A stretch of DNA of 61,953 nt, filler included, from Globobulimina sp. (GCA_003354225.1; 30 parts of 30 records of this genome joined end to end with filler, not necessarily neighbours in it); one strand, 5' to 3'. Positions 24,837-37,423 are shown, counted from the whole stretch's first letter. A program made the numbers and translations. The notes: generated by a model from the letters alone, not told the origin.

Positions 24837-25767
24837 CATTATAAATTTACAACAATATTTGTTGAAAAATGAAGAAAATATTGGTGTGAAAATGATGAAT
24901 TATTATTTTGAATGTATTGGTTGCATATTAAATAAATGTAAGTCGAATAGTGTCATCAATGCCTATTTAAACAGGAATGAGTTCGAATTGGTTTTGCGAG
25001 GAATAGAGAATGGAAATTGTTTATGTTTATATTATATAATATTTATAATTAAATCGTTATCAATCGCTTGTTACACAGATACAGAAAGTAAAAAGTTGCA
25101 ATTTTTAATTGAATATTTATGTAAATGTTTATTATCAAAAAATAAAAGAATTGGAGAAATTGCGTCATTTGGATTTGATATTATTATCAATGACAAATCG
25201 CATAAATCGCTATCAATTTTAAATAAAAAAAATAAGTGTAAAATATCCAGTTTGTATAAACAGAAATTCTTTATTCAAACCATTAAATTCATTGTGAGTC
25301 AATTGCATAAAAATAAAAATAAAAATGAAGAGAATGTTAATTTATTGTTGGCAGTCTGTTATTTAATGAAAAATGTACCAAATTCTGTGTTAACCTCACA
25401 TTTATCGCAATTATTACCATTAATTATTGAGTCATTTCAATCTTCGTTGGATAGTTTACGAATATCTGTATTATATTTATTTGAAATATTATTTGAAACC
25501 AATTTGGATTGCATCATACCGTACATTCAAATTATAATTCCCATATTGTTGCAATTAACAAAATATAAAAAATATAAAAAAGTGCGACTATCTGCATTGA
25601 AATGTTTAATATTAGTAACTAATTTGGAATATAATGTGTTGCATAAAATGGGGAAAAAAGTTACAAAAACGTTATTGGATGTTGTTGATGATAAAAAAAA
25701 AGATGTTCGACTCATGGCTGTTGAGTGCAGGAATAAGTGGTTCTTGCTGGGACAATCCATAAATTAA
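24837..25767 (+). CDS. MMS19: MMS19 cytosolic Fe-S assembly component, C-terminal HEAT region (5'-partial)
   Basis: LYKQKFF, LMKNVP..VL...L.QLLPL, VRLSALKCL, DDKKKDVRLMAV.CRNKWFLLG. Confidence 0.9.
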
Positions 25768-25951
25768 CACACAATTTTCCAACATAAAACACTAAACCTT
25801 ATGAGAATATGTTCAACGATGAGTTCCCATAAAAAAAACCCATCAGGTCACGTGTTTTTGGTGCTCGGATTTCTACCGTTGGATGGGTGTGGCTACTATC
25901 TCCAAAATCTTCGTTCGCTAAATGCGAGTGGGAAAACTTGACAACTGTGTA

Positions 25952-26805
25952 ATGGCTACAAACAGTTTGCGAATCAATCATGTTTTTTCTGACCATGATC
26001 GTGTTATGATTCAGAACACATCAAAGGATGTGTATAACGGTAAAATAGGTCTTGTCATAGGTTTTAATAAACAAAAGGGGAGATATGGTGTTCGTATTAA
26101 CACGGATCTGCAAAATCCACCAAAAATATTATTATTAAAACAAGAAAATTTAAAAATTTATCAAGATTTTTCCTATTTATGGAATGAGATCAATGACGTA
26201 TCTCAACAACCGTTATGCAAAAATGATGCAGTAGTTATAGGCGGTTTTGTTGGTAACAATAAATATCTAAATGGTGTGTTAGGAGTTATTATGAAATTTG
26301 ATCAACAACAACAAGAACAATATTTAGTGAGATATGAGTTGAACAAAAAAATGAAAAGTTATTTCAAACGGAAAAATCTTAGATTGATTTGGCCATCAAA
26401 ATATTTGTTACAAGAAAGGTTCAAATGTGCCACTTGTAAAAAACACACTCGTTCAAACAATTATGTCGTATGTAATGGGTGCGGAGTAATGATTTATTGC
26501 AGTGTGGAATGTAGGAATTTCGCTGTTTCTCATTACGTTCTATGCAACGCGTTTAAGAAAAGTTTAATGAATGAAATTGAAAAAAGAAAATATTTAAATC
26601 ATTTTACTGTTGATTCAAAACAAGAAGAACAAATTTATAATGAGTCAGTAAATCACAAACTATCAGTTTCAGAAAATGCAAACTATGGAAACGATATTTT
26701 ATCCGATTGGGAAGAATTTTGTAATTTATTTAATTGTGATTTAAATGTAACATTAACTTTCAGCGACCCAATGACCGTTTATTATATTATGAAATCAATA
26801 CATTT
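25952..26805 (+). CDS. MYND-type zinc finger protein with two SH3/KOW-like repeats (3'-partial)
   Basis: CATC...CNGC...YCSVEC...H...C; duplicated V.I......NG..G.(V/I)..F......Y.VR motif. Confidence 0.8.
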
Positions 26806-26905
26806 NNNNNNNNNNNNNNNNNNNNNNNNNNNNNNNNNNNNNNNNNNNNTTAATTAATTAANNNNNNNNNNNNNNNNNNNNNNNNNNNNNNNNNNNNNNN
26901 NNNNN

Positions 26906-27571
26906 ATTTGCTCATCCTGGTATTATTATATGCAAATTAAAGTATATTCTAACTCTCATTATCCATTAATTTAAGCCAACATCTTCATTAAATATGGAAT
27001 TGCAAATGTCCATCATCACACAAACGAACTCGCGTCTTTATCCATAGAAAGCGATCCGACTGCAAAGCCATTCATTGTTTCCGTTTTTGAGATTCCACGA
27101 TCGGAATTAAACGCTTTTTATAACCGCGAGGATGAGTTTGCATTCAAAGAAGAGACCGTTAAACTAATAACAACATCAAATGGGAATGCAAATAAATCAT
27201 TGCAACTATTGGATGAATTATTGCATGTATTTGAAACGAATGAAGCTAAGTTTGTGAGAGGAATTGTATGCGTTCGATCAACGGATAGTGATTACATTAA
27301 AAGATGGGGACAAACAAAGTTTGATGATGAATGGGAAACATTTGGTTTACATACTATTTGGAACTGGAATGGTGAGATATATCCATGTCGTGTTTACTTG
27401 AGACACTGCTTATTATCCATCAAAAAACAAGGACAATTTGCATTGGATGATTTTATGAATAATACTTTTTTATATGACAGAAAAACCACAATCAAGCAAT
27501 ATATGGATAGAAATCCTGATATCTACAATGAAATTGTTCCAGTTGCTTTGCAAAATAGATATAATGGTTAA
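26906..27571 (+). CDS. Conserved uncharacterised protein, possible gamma-glutamylcyclotransferase-like fold (5'-partial)
   Basis: ELASLSIE, VSVFEI, REDEF, IYPCRVYLRHC, TFLYDRKTTIKQY, RYNG resemble a family I recall from plants and algae (not verified). Confidence 0.65.
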
Positions 27572-27664
27572 GAGAGTACGCTGAATTTTAATTCTTCTGA
27601 AAACTACTACACATTCTTGAACAACGCAATTCTAACAAATAACAAAGAGCGCAAGGATAAGAAG

Positions 27665-28615
27665 TTATATTTTGGATATATTTTGTGTATGAAGATCAAA
27701 GATAGATAACATAATTTGCAACAAATGCAATCTTTTCTCATTATTTGTTTGTAGATTCAATATTTTTGCAATTGATTCCAATTCGGCATTATTTTTGTTC
27801 AAAACAACAGGATCCATTTCAGGATGACAACCAGTTAAAATAATATTTCCTTTGCCAAACTTGCCATGAATGATAGCAATTAATTCATTATGATTTACAT
27901 CAGATTTGCATTCATGTTCCAAATGATTCATAATATAATGTTTGTTTTCGTTTCTATCATTGATGCAATATGTTGCTAAAACCTTCCATTCTTTTGCATT
28001 TTGTTTGTTTGTAAAATAAAAATGTCCCCCTCCATTATAATAAACATTAAATGTCTGATTTTGCATTTGTGCCACTTTAATTAATGGTGTTTTAATTCCT
28101 TTGTCTGATGCAGCATCATATGGCGCTAGAATCGGTCCACAACATTTTAAATTATTATTAAATGATAATTCTCTTTTTGAACTCCACATTTTGTCACCAA
28201 ATTTAAAATATATCTCATTGCAACCAAAATATCCACCCGCACAAAGACCCAAATAATTGCCTCCGTTCCTGACATAATCTCGAATATTTGCGCATCCATT
28301 ACCTTTTAATTTTTCTTGATATGCTATATCTCCGCCACCTGGCAATATTATCAATTTTGGTCGCAATTCATTTGATAATGTTGGCAAAGTATCAATTATA
28401 TCATTTGCATCAACACATTCTACTTTATATTTAGGAGAAAGCAGTTTGTTGAATGTAAATATTGTGTTTTCAACACAACCGGGACCAGTTCCGATATCGG
28501 TGTATAGCCAAATCTTTGATTTGTTCATAAATGAAATAAGTCGTGATGTTGTTGTGCAGAGAGTAAATTCAAAAAGAACGTTAATAATTGACACAAAAAG
28601 CACGAACGCGTACAT
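27665..28615 (-). CDS. Stand-alone BPL_N (biotin-protein ligase N-terminal) / class I glutamine amidotransferase-like protein
   Basis: LYTDIG, IILPGGGD..Y, YVRNGGNYLGLCAGGYFG, YYNGGGHF, GKGNIILTGCHPE; stop follows with no ligase domain. Confidence 0.88.
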   Translation of the reverse strand: MYAFVLFVSIINVLFEFTLCTTTSRLISFMNKSKIWLYTDIGTGPGCVENTIFTFNKLLSPKYKVECVDANDIIDTLPTLSNELRPKLIILPGGGDIAYQEKLKGNGCANIRDYVRNGGNYLGLCAGGYFGCNEIYFKFGDKMWSSKRELSFNNNLKCCGPILAPYDAASDKGIKTPLIKVAQMQNQTFNVYYNGGGHFYFTNKQNAKEWKVLATYCINDRNENKHYIMNHLEHECKSDVNHNELIAIIHGKFGKGNIILTGCHPEMDPVVLNKNNAELESIAKILNLQTNNEKRLHLLQIMLSIFDLHTQNISKI

Positions 28616-28974
28616 CCATGTAGCCACAGCAAAAAACTGTCAACTGTCAAATTCTTAGTTCGAAATATTTCTAGAAATTTCTGTGGCAAACACAGCAAGT
28701 GGTTACAATCCTTAATCTAAAAATATTAATGGAAACAGAATTATTATCATTATTAAAAGTTGAGAATAGAGGATGGAATGTGGCATTTGCATTTTTAATT
28801 GTTTTATCAGCTCCGGGATAGAATGGATTTATGCCAAATGACAATTCAGATAATAATAGTGGTATTAAGACTAGNNNNNNNNNNNNNNNNNNNNNNNNNN
28901 NNNNNNNNNNNNNNNNNNTTAATTAATTAANNNNNNNNNNNNNNNNNNNNNNNNNNNNNNNNNNNNNNNNNNNN

Positions 28975-29342
28975 AAAAGTATCAGATAAATTAATGTTTT
29001 ATTGAGAAAATTTGTTATATAGCTCCCATAAAATCCAATTTCACATTGACTTATGGTATATTTATACACTGAGATCAGTGTAAATACATTACTCCGAACA
29101 AATGCAATAAAACTCATATGAATCACACAAAATAAATAAAACATAAATGCTAAATAATATATCACTTTATTTAGGGTGTCTCCATTATTTGTTGGTTTCA
29201 TAACGTTTTTATAAAAGTAATGCACCATATGACTAAGAATCATCACGGCTAAAATAATCGCAATTGATGATCCAATAGCGGATATATAATATAATATTAA
29301 TTCGACAGAATTCACTTCGTTAATTATAACCAACTGTGCCAT
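28975..29342 (-). CDS. Multi-pass (7TM-like) membrane protein, N-terminal fragment
   Basis: Three hydrophobic helices with a Cys at the start of helix 3. Confidence 0.6.
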
Positions 29343-29571
29343 GAGGATTTAACGTTGATTTTATTGGAAGTTTAGTAATCTTGGAAACAAAAATGTAATA
29401 TATTAATCTGCATAATGCATTGTTTGATACAATTGCAGAAAAAAACAAGAACAAAAAAACACACAAGAAAAAATAGAACAGAAAAAACAAAATCATTCAT
29501 CTACACTAACAAAATTCACTCCAATTCAAATTTTGATTAATTTATATAATTACATTGAATTTATGTTATAA

Positions 29572-30943
29572 TTATATTGCATATTGTCCTTCGTGATATT
29601 GTGTTTGTACATTATTTGTCATAATAACAATATTATCATCATCATTCTCCTTATGATTCTTATATACATTATCTCCATATCCATTGTTCGCATTCATATT
29701 CTTCCGAATCAACCGTAATATTTTCAATTGATGTCCGATTTTATCAATGCCAATCTCATCCATAATCTCTTTCGTTAAATCCTTTAACGACACAATATCA
29801 TCAAAGCCATTCAATATCAAACTATCAAAATACTGCGGCAGCTCTGCTTTATTTGTCAGCCATATTTTCAGCTGTCGTTTCTTGCCATATTCATCCATTT
29901 TCTTTGCAATATTCCCATCCAACACTAGCTGCAATTCGTTCAATTTATGTTTTATGCGCCGAATCTCTGAGGTCATATTATAATTATTATCCTTCTCCTC
30001 CTCTCTGTACACATATTCTTGCAGTGCATTCATTTTATTATTCAATTGTTTCATGAACTTATTTCTTTTATTTATCTCTTCTTTCAATCCCAACTTCAAA
30101 TTACTCATTTTCTGTGATAAATTATCAATAGTTTTATCCTTTGCTGACATCTTTCTTTTTAATGTTCTTATCTCTTTTTTAAATGATTTATCTCGCTCCA
30201 AACTTCTATTTTCATCCAATATCTCCTGTTTATCTTCCAATTCGCGTGAATTATATGAGGCAGTCCCAGTATAGGAGGAGTTGTCTGCATTGTTGCTGTT
30301 TGTGTTGTTATTTAAAGATAAGACGTAATTTATTTGTTTTTCATCCCATATATCACATTCATGCTCTTCAGCTTTGATCTCGTCCAAAATCTCCAATTCT
30401 ACAATAAAAGTTAAGGTTTGCAACTGTGTGATATCTTGCAATGCCACAAACTTTGATTTGCCCCAATTTGAGGCCGCAAAGCTGAAATCATCCACAGCAC
30501 TGATACTGCGGTTCAATTCCTTGCATATTACCCGATATTTAGTGGTGATTTTACTCATTTTGAACGGTATGCGACATAAAACGAGATATATGGACATAAA
30601 CGAAGCACAATCATGATTCGCACCGTTAGGAAACCATCGGATTCGCCACATATTGTTAAATATAACGGATTCGTAACGTTTGCCATAATAACTTTGCTTA
30701 AACTTATTGAGGGTATAATTGTCGATAAAATATGTAAATTTTTGTTTTTTTGGATAGATTGAAAAGGTCTCGTTTTGGTTGAAACGGTAATGGGATAATA
30801 TGACATTTATGGAATATTTCTTAAATTTTATTTTGAATATGTTTACAGAAACAACGATTTGGATTATAGACAGATTCAATTGTTTCCATTCGTGTAATTG
30901 TAGTGATCGGTTGAGCCAACCTTTACTGTCTCCAGATTTTAGG
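29572..30943 (-). CDS. MATH-domain, coiled-coil and C-terminal SAM-domain protein (5'-partial)
   Basis: MATH: WRIRWFPNG, MSIYLVL, NWGKSKFV, LTFIVELEIL; SAM: WLTNKAELPQYFDSLILNGFD...IGIDKIGHQLKIL. Confidence 0.88.
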
Positions 30944-31637
30944 NNNNNNNNNNNNNNNNNNNNNNNNNNNNNNNNNNNNNNNNNNNNTTAATTAATTAAN
31001 NNNNNNNNNNNNNNNNNNNNNNNNNNNNNNNNNNNNNNNNNNNTATATCAAAATCATTTCGTAATGTTGTTAATTCTTTTTCCTTTTCCAACATATCTTG
31101 GGTTTGTTGATTAATTTTAATTTGGGTTTTGTCAATATTTTGTTGTTGTATCTTGGATTTTTGTTCTCTTTCACTCACTTCATTTGCTTTGCTGCTCAAA
31201 GACTTTTCCAATTTTGATATTTCATATTTTTCCTTATTAAATTCATCAATATTTCTCATTACCCGTCGATCACTAAGTGTTTTCATACAAAAATCCGAAA
31301 ATATAAAACAAAAAACACGACAGACACTAAACTGTTCAGATATTTTATTTTGTTTATTCTGCAATTGTTCATCTATCAATCCATCAGATTCCACATTTAA
31401 CTGTTTCTGCGTTTCTATAATTTGTAATTGTTTTGTTTCTGTTTGCTTTGCTGTTTCCGTTTCACTTTTTATATGATCTTTTTGTGTATGTTTATGGAGA
31501 TAAAATAAAATTTATCAAATACTTTCCCTGTATAATGGAAGCACCATCTTCCAGCAGTCAGCAGTGCAATTAAGGATATTCTGAAACCAAATCATTTTTA
31601 ACCAATCTACAGGGAAAGTATGTGCACATGATTCATT

Positions 31638-32301
31638 TTAACTTAATCGTCTTTTTTTAATTACAGGCAAATCAGCATTTATATTTGTATCATTATCGGA
31701 CATTTTTCTTTTATTCCCACTCACTTTGCAATGAATTTGTTCATTTCTGTTAATTGATTGTGTCGGTTTGTGGGGTTTGTATATTTTTTGGATCGAAGGC
31801 GTATGTCTTTCAAGCGAAGGGATTGGTGGCAATGTAGCTGGCAAAGAATGATGGTTCGGATTATTATAAATGCTCTTAAATCCATCTTCCAATTGTAAAA
31901 AATATATAAAACTATAGTTTTGAATGATTTATTTATAATTAACTTATGTTTTGTTTTTGGGTTTGAGTGAGTTTCTGAATATATTGTGGCGGAATGTATG
32001 GTATAAATGGCATGGATGCCAAAGAAAGTGAGTGCGTTGGAGCGTGACGAAATAAATCAGGTGCATTGGTAGCATTTATTTCATTCATTTGTTGCATTGG
32101 ATTATTATTATGTATGTTTGGTTGATTAGGTGATTGTTGTCCATTGAGAAACACTTGCACCACAATATTGTGGCTATTTGTATGGATGTTGTTGCTATTT
32201 GTATTATAAGTGTTGTTGTTGTTATTCTTGATTGTGTTGTAGTGCATGTCGCTGTTTCCATTTATTTCCAAATTTGCAGATTGTGATCGGTTTGGCTCCA
32301 T
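31638..32301 (-). CDS. Low-complexity Asn/Pro/Gln-rich protein with C-terminal NLS-like KKRRL; one short intron about 31942-31896
   Basis: Two adjacent ORFs separated by an AT-rich GT...AG segment. Confidence 0.5.
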
Positions 32302-32371
32302 ATTTCATTAATTTATCTTAAAAGTTAGCATCGAAAAGATTATAGCTCTAGAAAGATTTTAACGGTCAGCA

Positions 32372-33012
32372 ATGCAATCAATAGCTTATTTCATTGGACG
32401 CAACACAGAAGGGAATGATTTTAAAGCAATAACCAACGATTGTGATACTTATAAAAATGTAAGACATATTCATTGTGGCAATGGATACACAGTTTACAGT
32501 GATATCGATAATGGCAATATTTGGGCACAAGGGAAAAATGATGATGGTGAATGTGGTGTTGGTAGGATTCGAAATGTCGAACATTTAAAAATGATAAAAT
32601 ATTTCAAATCTAAAGGTATATCAATTAAGAAAATCTGTACAAATATTAACAGAAATACCACATTTTGGATTACAGAAAATCGCAATGTATATGGTAATGG
32701 ACGTAACAATGCCGGACAATTAGGAATAGCACATAGAAAAAATGTGACATATTCACCAGTTTTGATATCATTTTTACGTAATAAATACATAACAGATATT
32801 CAAATGGTTGGTGACTATTCCTTAGCATTACACGATGAATGTTATGAAACTTCAGTTATTATGTTTTATTGGTCAAAAATGCAAATCCCAGATGATATTA
32901 TCCGTTTATTATTAGCTTTTGTACCAATTGTAAATAAAGTATATTCGACACAGTATACATATGATACAAAATGGAGAGAGATAAATAATTTTAAGGATGA
33001 CAGTATCATTAA
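32372..33012 (+). CDS. RCC1-repeat protein (3'-partial)
   Basis: IHCGNGYT, IWAQGKNDDGECGVG, VYGNGRNNAGQLGI. Confidence 0.88.
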
Positions 33013-33112
33013 NNNNNNNNNNNNNNNNNNNNNNNNNNNNNNNNNNNNNNNNNNNNTTAATTAATTAANNNNNNNNNNNNNNNNNNNNNNNNNNNNNNNN
33101 NNNNNNNNNNNN

Positions 33113-33440
33113 AAACGTGGCGAAATCATCAAAATTGGGCCAAGCGTCTGTCAGCATTCCTTTGTCTTGGTATTAATACAGGTTCATACATAATCTTAGT
33201 TCAATATAATAAATATTTCATTTATATGATCAAAAAAGGACATGACCAATAACTAAACTTAAGTTGTATACGATATTTACTACTTTGATCTCGGATGTGA
33301 TAGAGACAAACACCAAATATTGGCATTTTGCCCACAATTCGCAACGAAACATAATGTGGTTATGCATGAACCTGTATTCATACCAAGGGAAAGTAATGCC
33401 GACAGACGCTTGGCCCAATTTTGATGATTTCGCCACGTTT
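33113..33440. repeat. 81-bp imperfect inverted repeat (33113-33193 and 33360-33440)
   Basis: Reverse complement aligns without gaps, 6 mismatches; 166-bp spacer. Confidence 0.92.
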
Positions 33441-34047
33441 GAGGCCAATTTCCGATATTTTGACCATGAATATTCCCGAAATTACTGTATTTTTCAAAAA
33501 AAAGATGAAAAAAGAGCAGTGATGATGAGAGCAGTGATGACGAAGAACTCGAAATCGAAATAAAGACATCGGTCACAGCCGAAGCCATTGTACGAAATCT
33601 CAAAGTAGGTGGGAGCAGTGACACATCTTGCGGTGACCGCAAGTAATAATTTAAAAGCCGGCGAACTTAAGAATGATTCATTCATGGTTCAATCCGTTTG
33701 TATTTTGGATGGAACCACAAATTAAATCGATGTATTTGTTTATTTGTTGCGCGTTGTCTTTTTGTGATTGTGATTTTTTACTTTTGCATGATTATTGTTA
33801 TTTAATATAAAAGTTAATTATTCTTGCACTTTAGTTCCCACTTTAGTTCGCTATCTAGTTCTCTATCTAGACAGTGAAGTTTTCATAATATAACATAGTC
33901 ACACAGCCAGAAGAAATACGATAAAGGCACAATTGACATTTCAAACAATAAATAAACGCGGCGGCATAATTTAAAACATATAATAATAATTAATTTCAAA
34001 CATATAAAAAACGTACAATTCAAACGCCACAAATTAATTTCTGTTAA

Positions 34048-35080
34048 TTAAAAATTTACACGTGGCTGAATATTGGTTAGATCAATCTTTTTCTTTTTTG
34101 GTTTCTTTTTGTTTGCTTGTTTGCCAAAAACTTGAGTAAATTTTCTACCAATAACCATGAAATATCCAGCGACGAATGAAATTACCAATGATCCACAATC
34201 TTCCGAATTCCTTCCGCACATTGTTAACCCACACGTTGCGGCAATAAGTTGAATTTTCAGCATCTCCATTTCCGGAACCTTGTTTTGCCACTCTCTCGGC
34301 GGCACTGTGCTATATCCGTTAATGTTACAATGGGTATCACTGTAGTTATAATGCCAGGACTGCATTGTGTATTGGTCAGCGTTGGATAAATCCACGTCAA
34401 AGGTGCATGAATCGACATTCCTGGTTAATATCTTTGCCTTTCCAAATACGCCGACAGAGTATTCACCAATACGCCGATTCATATGTGACAGCAATTCATA
34501 GCGATGGGTTTGAGCCGCGGACATTGAATTTTGTATCGGTGCATTCTGACATTGATTTGTTTCACTTCCGCGGACATTTTTATCCGGTACAAACATTCGG
34601 TCGCCGGAGTTATAATTCTTTCCACTCTCTCGCAATTCGCCTGATTCAAACAATCTGTCTTTCAATACGCCTAATTTCCACTCTTTTTCTCTCAATCTCG
34701 CAATCTCCAGATCACCCTCAGTCTATCTCTATTTCCGTAGTTGTTTTTGTTGTTCTTCTCGCCGTATCTCATCCTCAGTGCGTTTAAATTGATTTAATGG
34801 ATATCGGTTTCGATTTTGATTCCAAAGGTATGGGAGGTCATTACTCGGGCGGTGTCGGTTACGATGACGGGATCGATCATGATGACGGGATCGATGACCG
34901 CCTCGCTGTCGGCACGCGACATCATGCTTGCGCTCAGGCCGACTGCGTGAGCGTCGGTGGATTCCCCCAGCGCGACCGGTTTATCGTCCACCTGTGCCAC
35001 CAAGGTCACATCGCTCGCCAGATCTTCCCAGGTGAGCACTACCAAGGTGCCCTCTCCGCGAAACAGCTGCAGCTCCTTCA
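34048..35080 (-). pseudogene. Arg/His/Ser-rich and coiled-coil coding frame with three in-frame stops
   Basis: One frame from the contig end to TAA at 34048, interrupted by TAA at 34981-34983 and TAG at 34729-34731 and 34723-34725 (...QLRK*R*TEGDLEIARLREKE...). Confidence 0.55.
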
Positions 35081-35180
35081 NNNNNNNNNNNNNNNNNNNN
35101 NNNNNNNNNNNNNNNNNNNNNNNNTTAATTAATTAANNNNNNNNNNNNNNNNNNNNNNNNNNNNNNNNNNNNNNNNNNNN

Positions 35181-35409
35181 TTGTGATATATATTGCAATG
35201 CATTTTTCATTGGACAGACTTATAAATAAATTTGTTCGTAAAAATGCCCATTCCGCACATGCTACAAAATTCAATATCCAAATAATAAAACTTAATGTAA
35301 TTAAAATGTTGGGCATATTTGTTGACCGTACCATTAAATTATAATGGCGAGTCGCAATAATTATAATCAACAATCCAATAAAACAGCCAATAAAACCAAG
35401 TGCGACCAT
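35181..35409 (-). CDS. Multi-pass (7TM-like) membrane protein fragment
   Basis: Hydrophobic helices; AFLRTNLF parallels AFVRSNVF in the 28975-29342 protein. Confidence 0.55.
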
Positions 35410-35467
35410 CAAATATATCCATAGTTCGTTAACTGAATATAATATATTTGCGAACAGTTAATTATAT

Positions 35468-35866
35468 CTGTACTTAATATTATTGTTTTCTCTGTGTTTT
35501 ATGATTATGCCCATTCGCTTATGATTGCTACGTAATATTTTCGATAAAATCCATTGTACGAAATTATACGAGGTGTCCAGCTTTTATTTTCGTCCTAGGA
35601 GAAGATACATACTTTTATTTTCGTCCAGACAACAATAACCATTCTGTTTTGTCTATTGTCTTCACAGCAACATATTTACACTACGTAGCAATCATAAAAT
35701 TTTGATGGTATTTATATAAGTGTTGAATCCAAAAACACCGGGAAAACAATAATATTGCGTACAAGTACAGAACTGCCTTAAATAGCCAACCGGTGAGTAT
35801 ACCATGAGCGTCCTCTTAGATTTGGAATCGCCAAACTTACACGAATTGGCTATTTAAGACATCCTG
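35468..35866. repeat. Nested inverted repeats forming a structured non-coding element
   Basis: Perfect stems 35476-35490/35742-35756 (15 bp), 35519-35534/35682-35697 (16 bp) and 35777-35789/35846-35858 (13 bp); 15-bp direct repeat at 35581 and 35612. Confidence 0.8.
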
Positions 35867-36071
35867 TTTTCGCTGATTGGTCTGACAGTAAATAAAGGTA
35901 TACATTTATTGCCATATACACAAACTTTTAGGAGCATTCTCATCACTTATTCCGTTCGCGCCATTTAACATTAATGTCATTATCAACCAACATAATATAG
36001 GCTTCGAGCACATTAGAGCAGAAAGTAGCAAGTTAGTGAAGTTACTTGGAAAACATTTTTCGAACATAGAG

Positions 36072-37016
36072 TTAGAACATTATCAAAGTGGTTTCTCTGC
36101 CACAAACAATCTCCAAATTGTTCAAATTACAATTCTTTGGCAACAATGCTTTATCAATCAACATTGGCGTCGGTACTCTTTCATCATATTCATCGCCGCT
36201 AATAATACATTGTCGAAATGCATTACTTCCAAAGGCAAACCATTCATTTCTCTTTGATTTAACAAAAGTATGATACGATCCCATTCTCCATTCAATAATA
36301 CTAATATTTTTATGCAATTTGATTCTTTTTGCTATGCCAACATATTCTGGCTTGATTTTACCAATTCCACATTGCCCCAATTTATTACTCCCCCAACAAT
36401 ATACATTGTAATCATCATCCATCGCAATCATATGTTTTGCGCCACAATTTATATCGACAATAAATATTCCATTCTTAATAAAATGAGCAATCTCTGTTGG
36501 TTTATAAACAATTTGTCTTTTATCCATTTTGCTTTTTAATCCTAACATTGAATCATTATTTTTTCCCCAACAATATATCACTCCCTTTTCATTCAAACAA
36601 AATGATGAATTCATACCGCATTCAATCGCTTTTATTCTACCTTTCATACTTTTTATTAACGTAATTTTATCAATTTCTTGATTCGTATTTTTTTTGCCTA
36701 AACCAATTTGTCCATCTTCATTGCCGCCGATACCAAATACATTGCCACTTTCTGTTAAAAAGAGTGTATGCATCAAACCACATTTTATATCTCTAATTTT
36801 ATCTTTTTTAAATGGTGTTTTTTTTAATATCATTTGCTTTGGCTTTTCTTGTACCACATTGCCATTATTTGCGATTCCTAATTGATTCATTGTATTATTA
36901 CCACAGCCATAAATATCGGAATTCTTCATCACAAAGAATGTGTGCGTTGCATTCAAGCCTTTGGACAGAAATAATATATTCTTAAATCTCTTTATTTTAC
37001 TTATGACGTAGTGCAA
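36072..37016 (-). CDS. RCC1-repeat protein (5'-partial)
   Basis: IKCGLMHTLFLTESGNVFGIGGNEDGQIGLG, INCGAKHMIA..., VYCWGSNKLGQCGIG. Confidence 0.93.
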   Translation of the reverse strand: MHYVISKIKRFKNILFLSKGLNATHTFFVMKNSDIYGCGNNTMNQLGIANNGNVVQEKPKQMILKKTPFKKDKIRDIKCGLMHTLFLTESGNVFGIGGNEDGQIGLGKKNTNQEIDKITLIKSMKGRIKAIECGMNSSFCLNEKGVIYCWGKNNDSMLGLKSKMDKRQIVYKPTEIAHFIKNGIFIVDINCGAKHMIAMDDDYNVYCWGSNKLGQCGIGKIKPEYVGIAKRIKLHKNISIIEWRMGSYHTFVKSKRNEWFAFGSNAFRQCIISGDEYDERVPTPMLIDKALLPKNCNLNNLEIVCGRETTLIMF

Positions 37017-37249
37017 TGCAGTAAATATGATACGTTTCTATATTTTGTTTATATTTTAAATATCATTAGCAATGTAATTCGTAGATGAATTAACTCGAAA
37101 TAAATTATTTCTTTGTCATTAATCGAACGGGTTCATTGAAGGAATAAGNNNNNNNNNNNNNNNNNNNNNNNNNNNNNNNNNNNNNNNNNNNNTTAATTAA
37201 TTAANNNNNNNNNNNNNNNNNNNNNNNNNNNNNNNNNNNNNNNNNNNNA

Positions 37250-37423
37250 AATCGCTACGTTGAGCTCCAGAAACTTTTTTATGGACCTTTGTTTGCCTGG
37301 GCAGGTGAGGGCGACAAAAAACTTGAGCGACTAGCCGACTATATTCAAAAGGAGGCTAAAGGAGCTCGTCCGAACCGACCAGACAAACAAAGGTTTATGC
37401 AAGTATATGTGCGCATAACATGA
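37250..37423 (+). CDS. Hypothetical protein exon (5'-partial); may splice 37403-37483 into the 37487 frame
   Basis: Open frame NRYVELQKLFYGPLFAWAGEGDKKLERLADYIQKEAKG...; no homology recognised. Confidence 0.4.
   Translation, partial: NRYVELQKLFYGPLFAWAGEGDKKLERLADYIQKEAKGARPNRPDKQRFMQVYVRIT

Noticed and set aside
33827-33872. Degenerate 12-bp tandem repeat (CACTTTAGTTCC-like), considered as telomeric
   Set aside because: Only about four diverged internal units; not a recognisable telomere array
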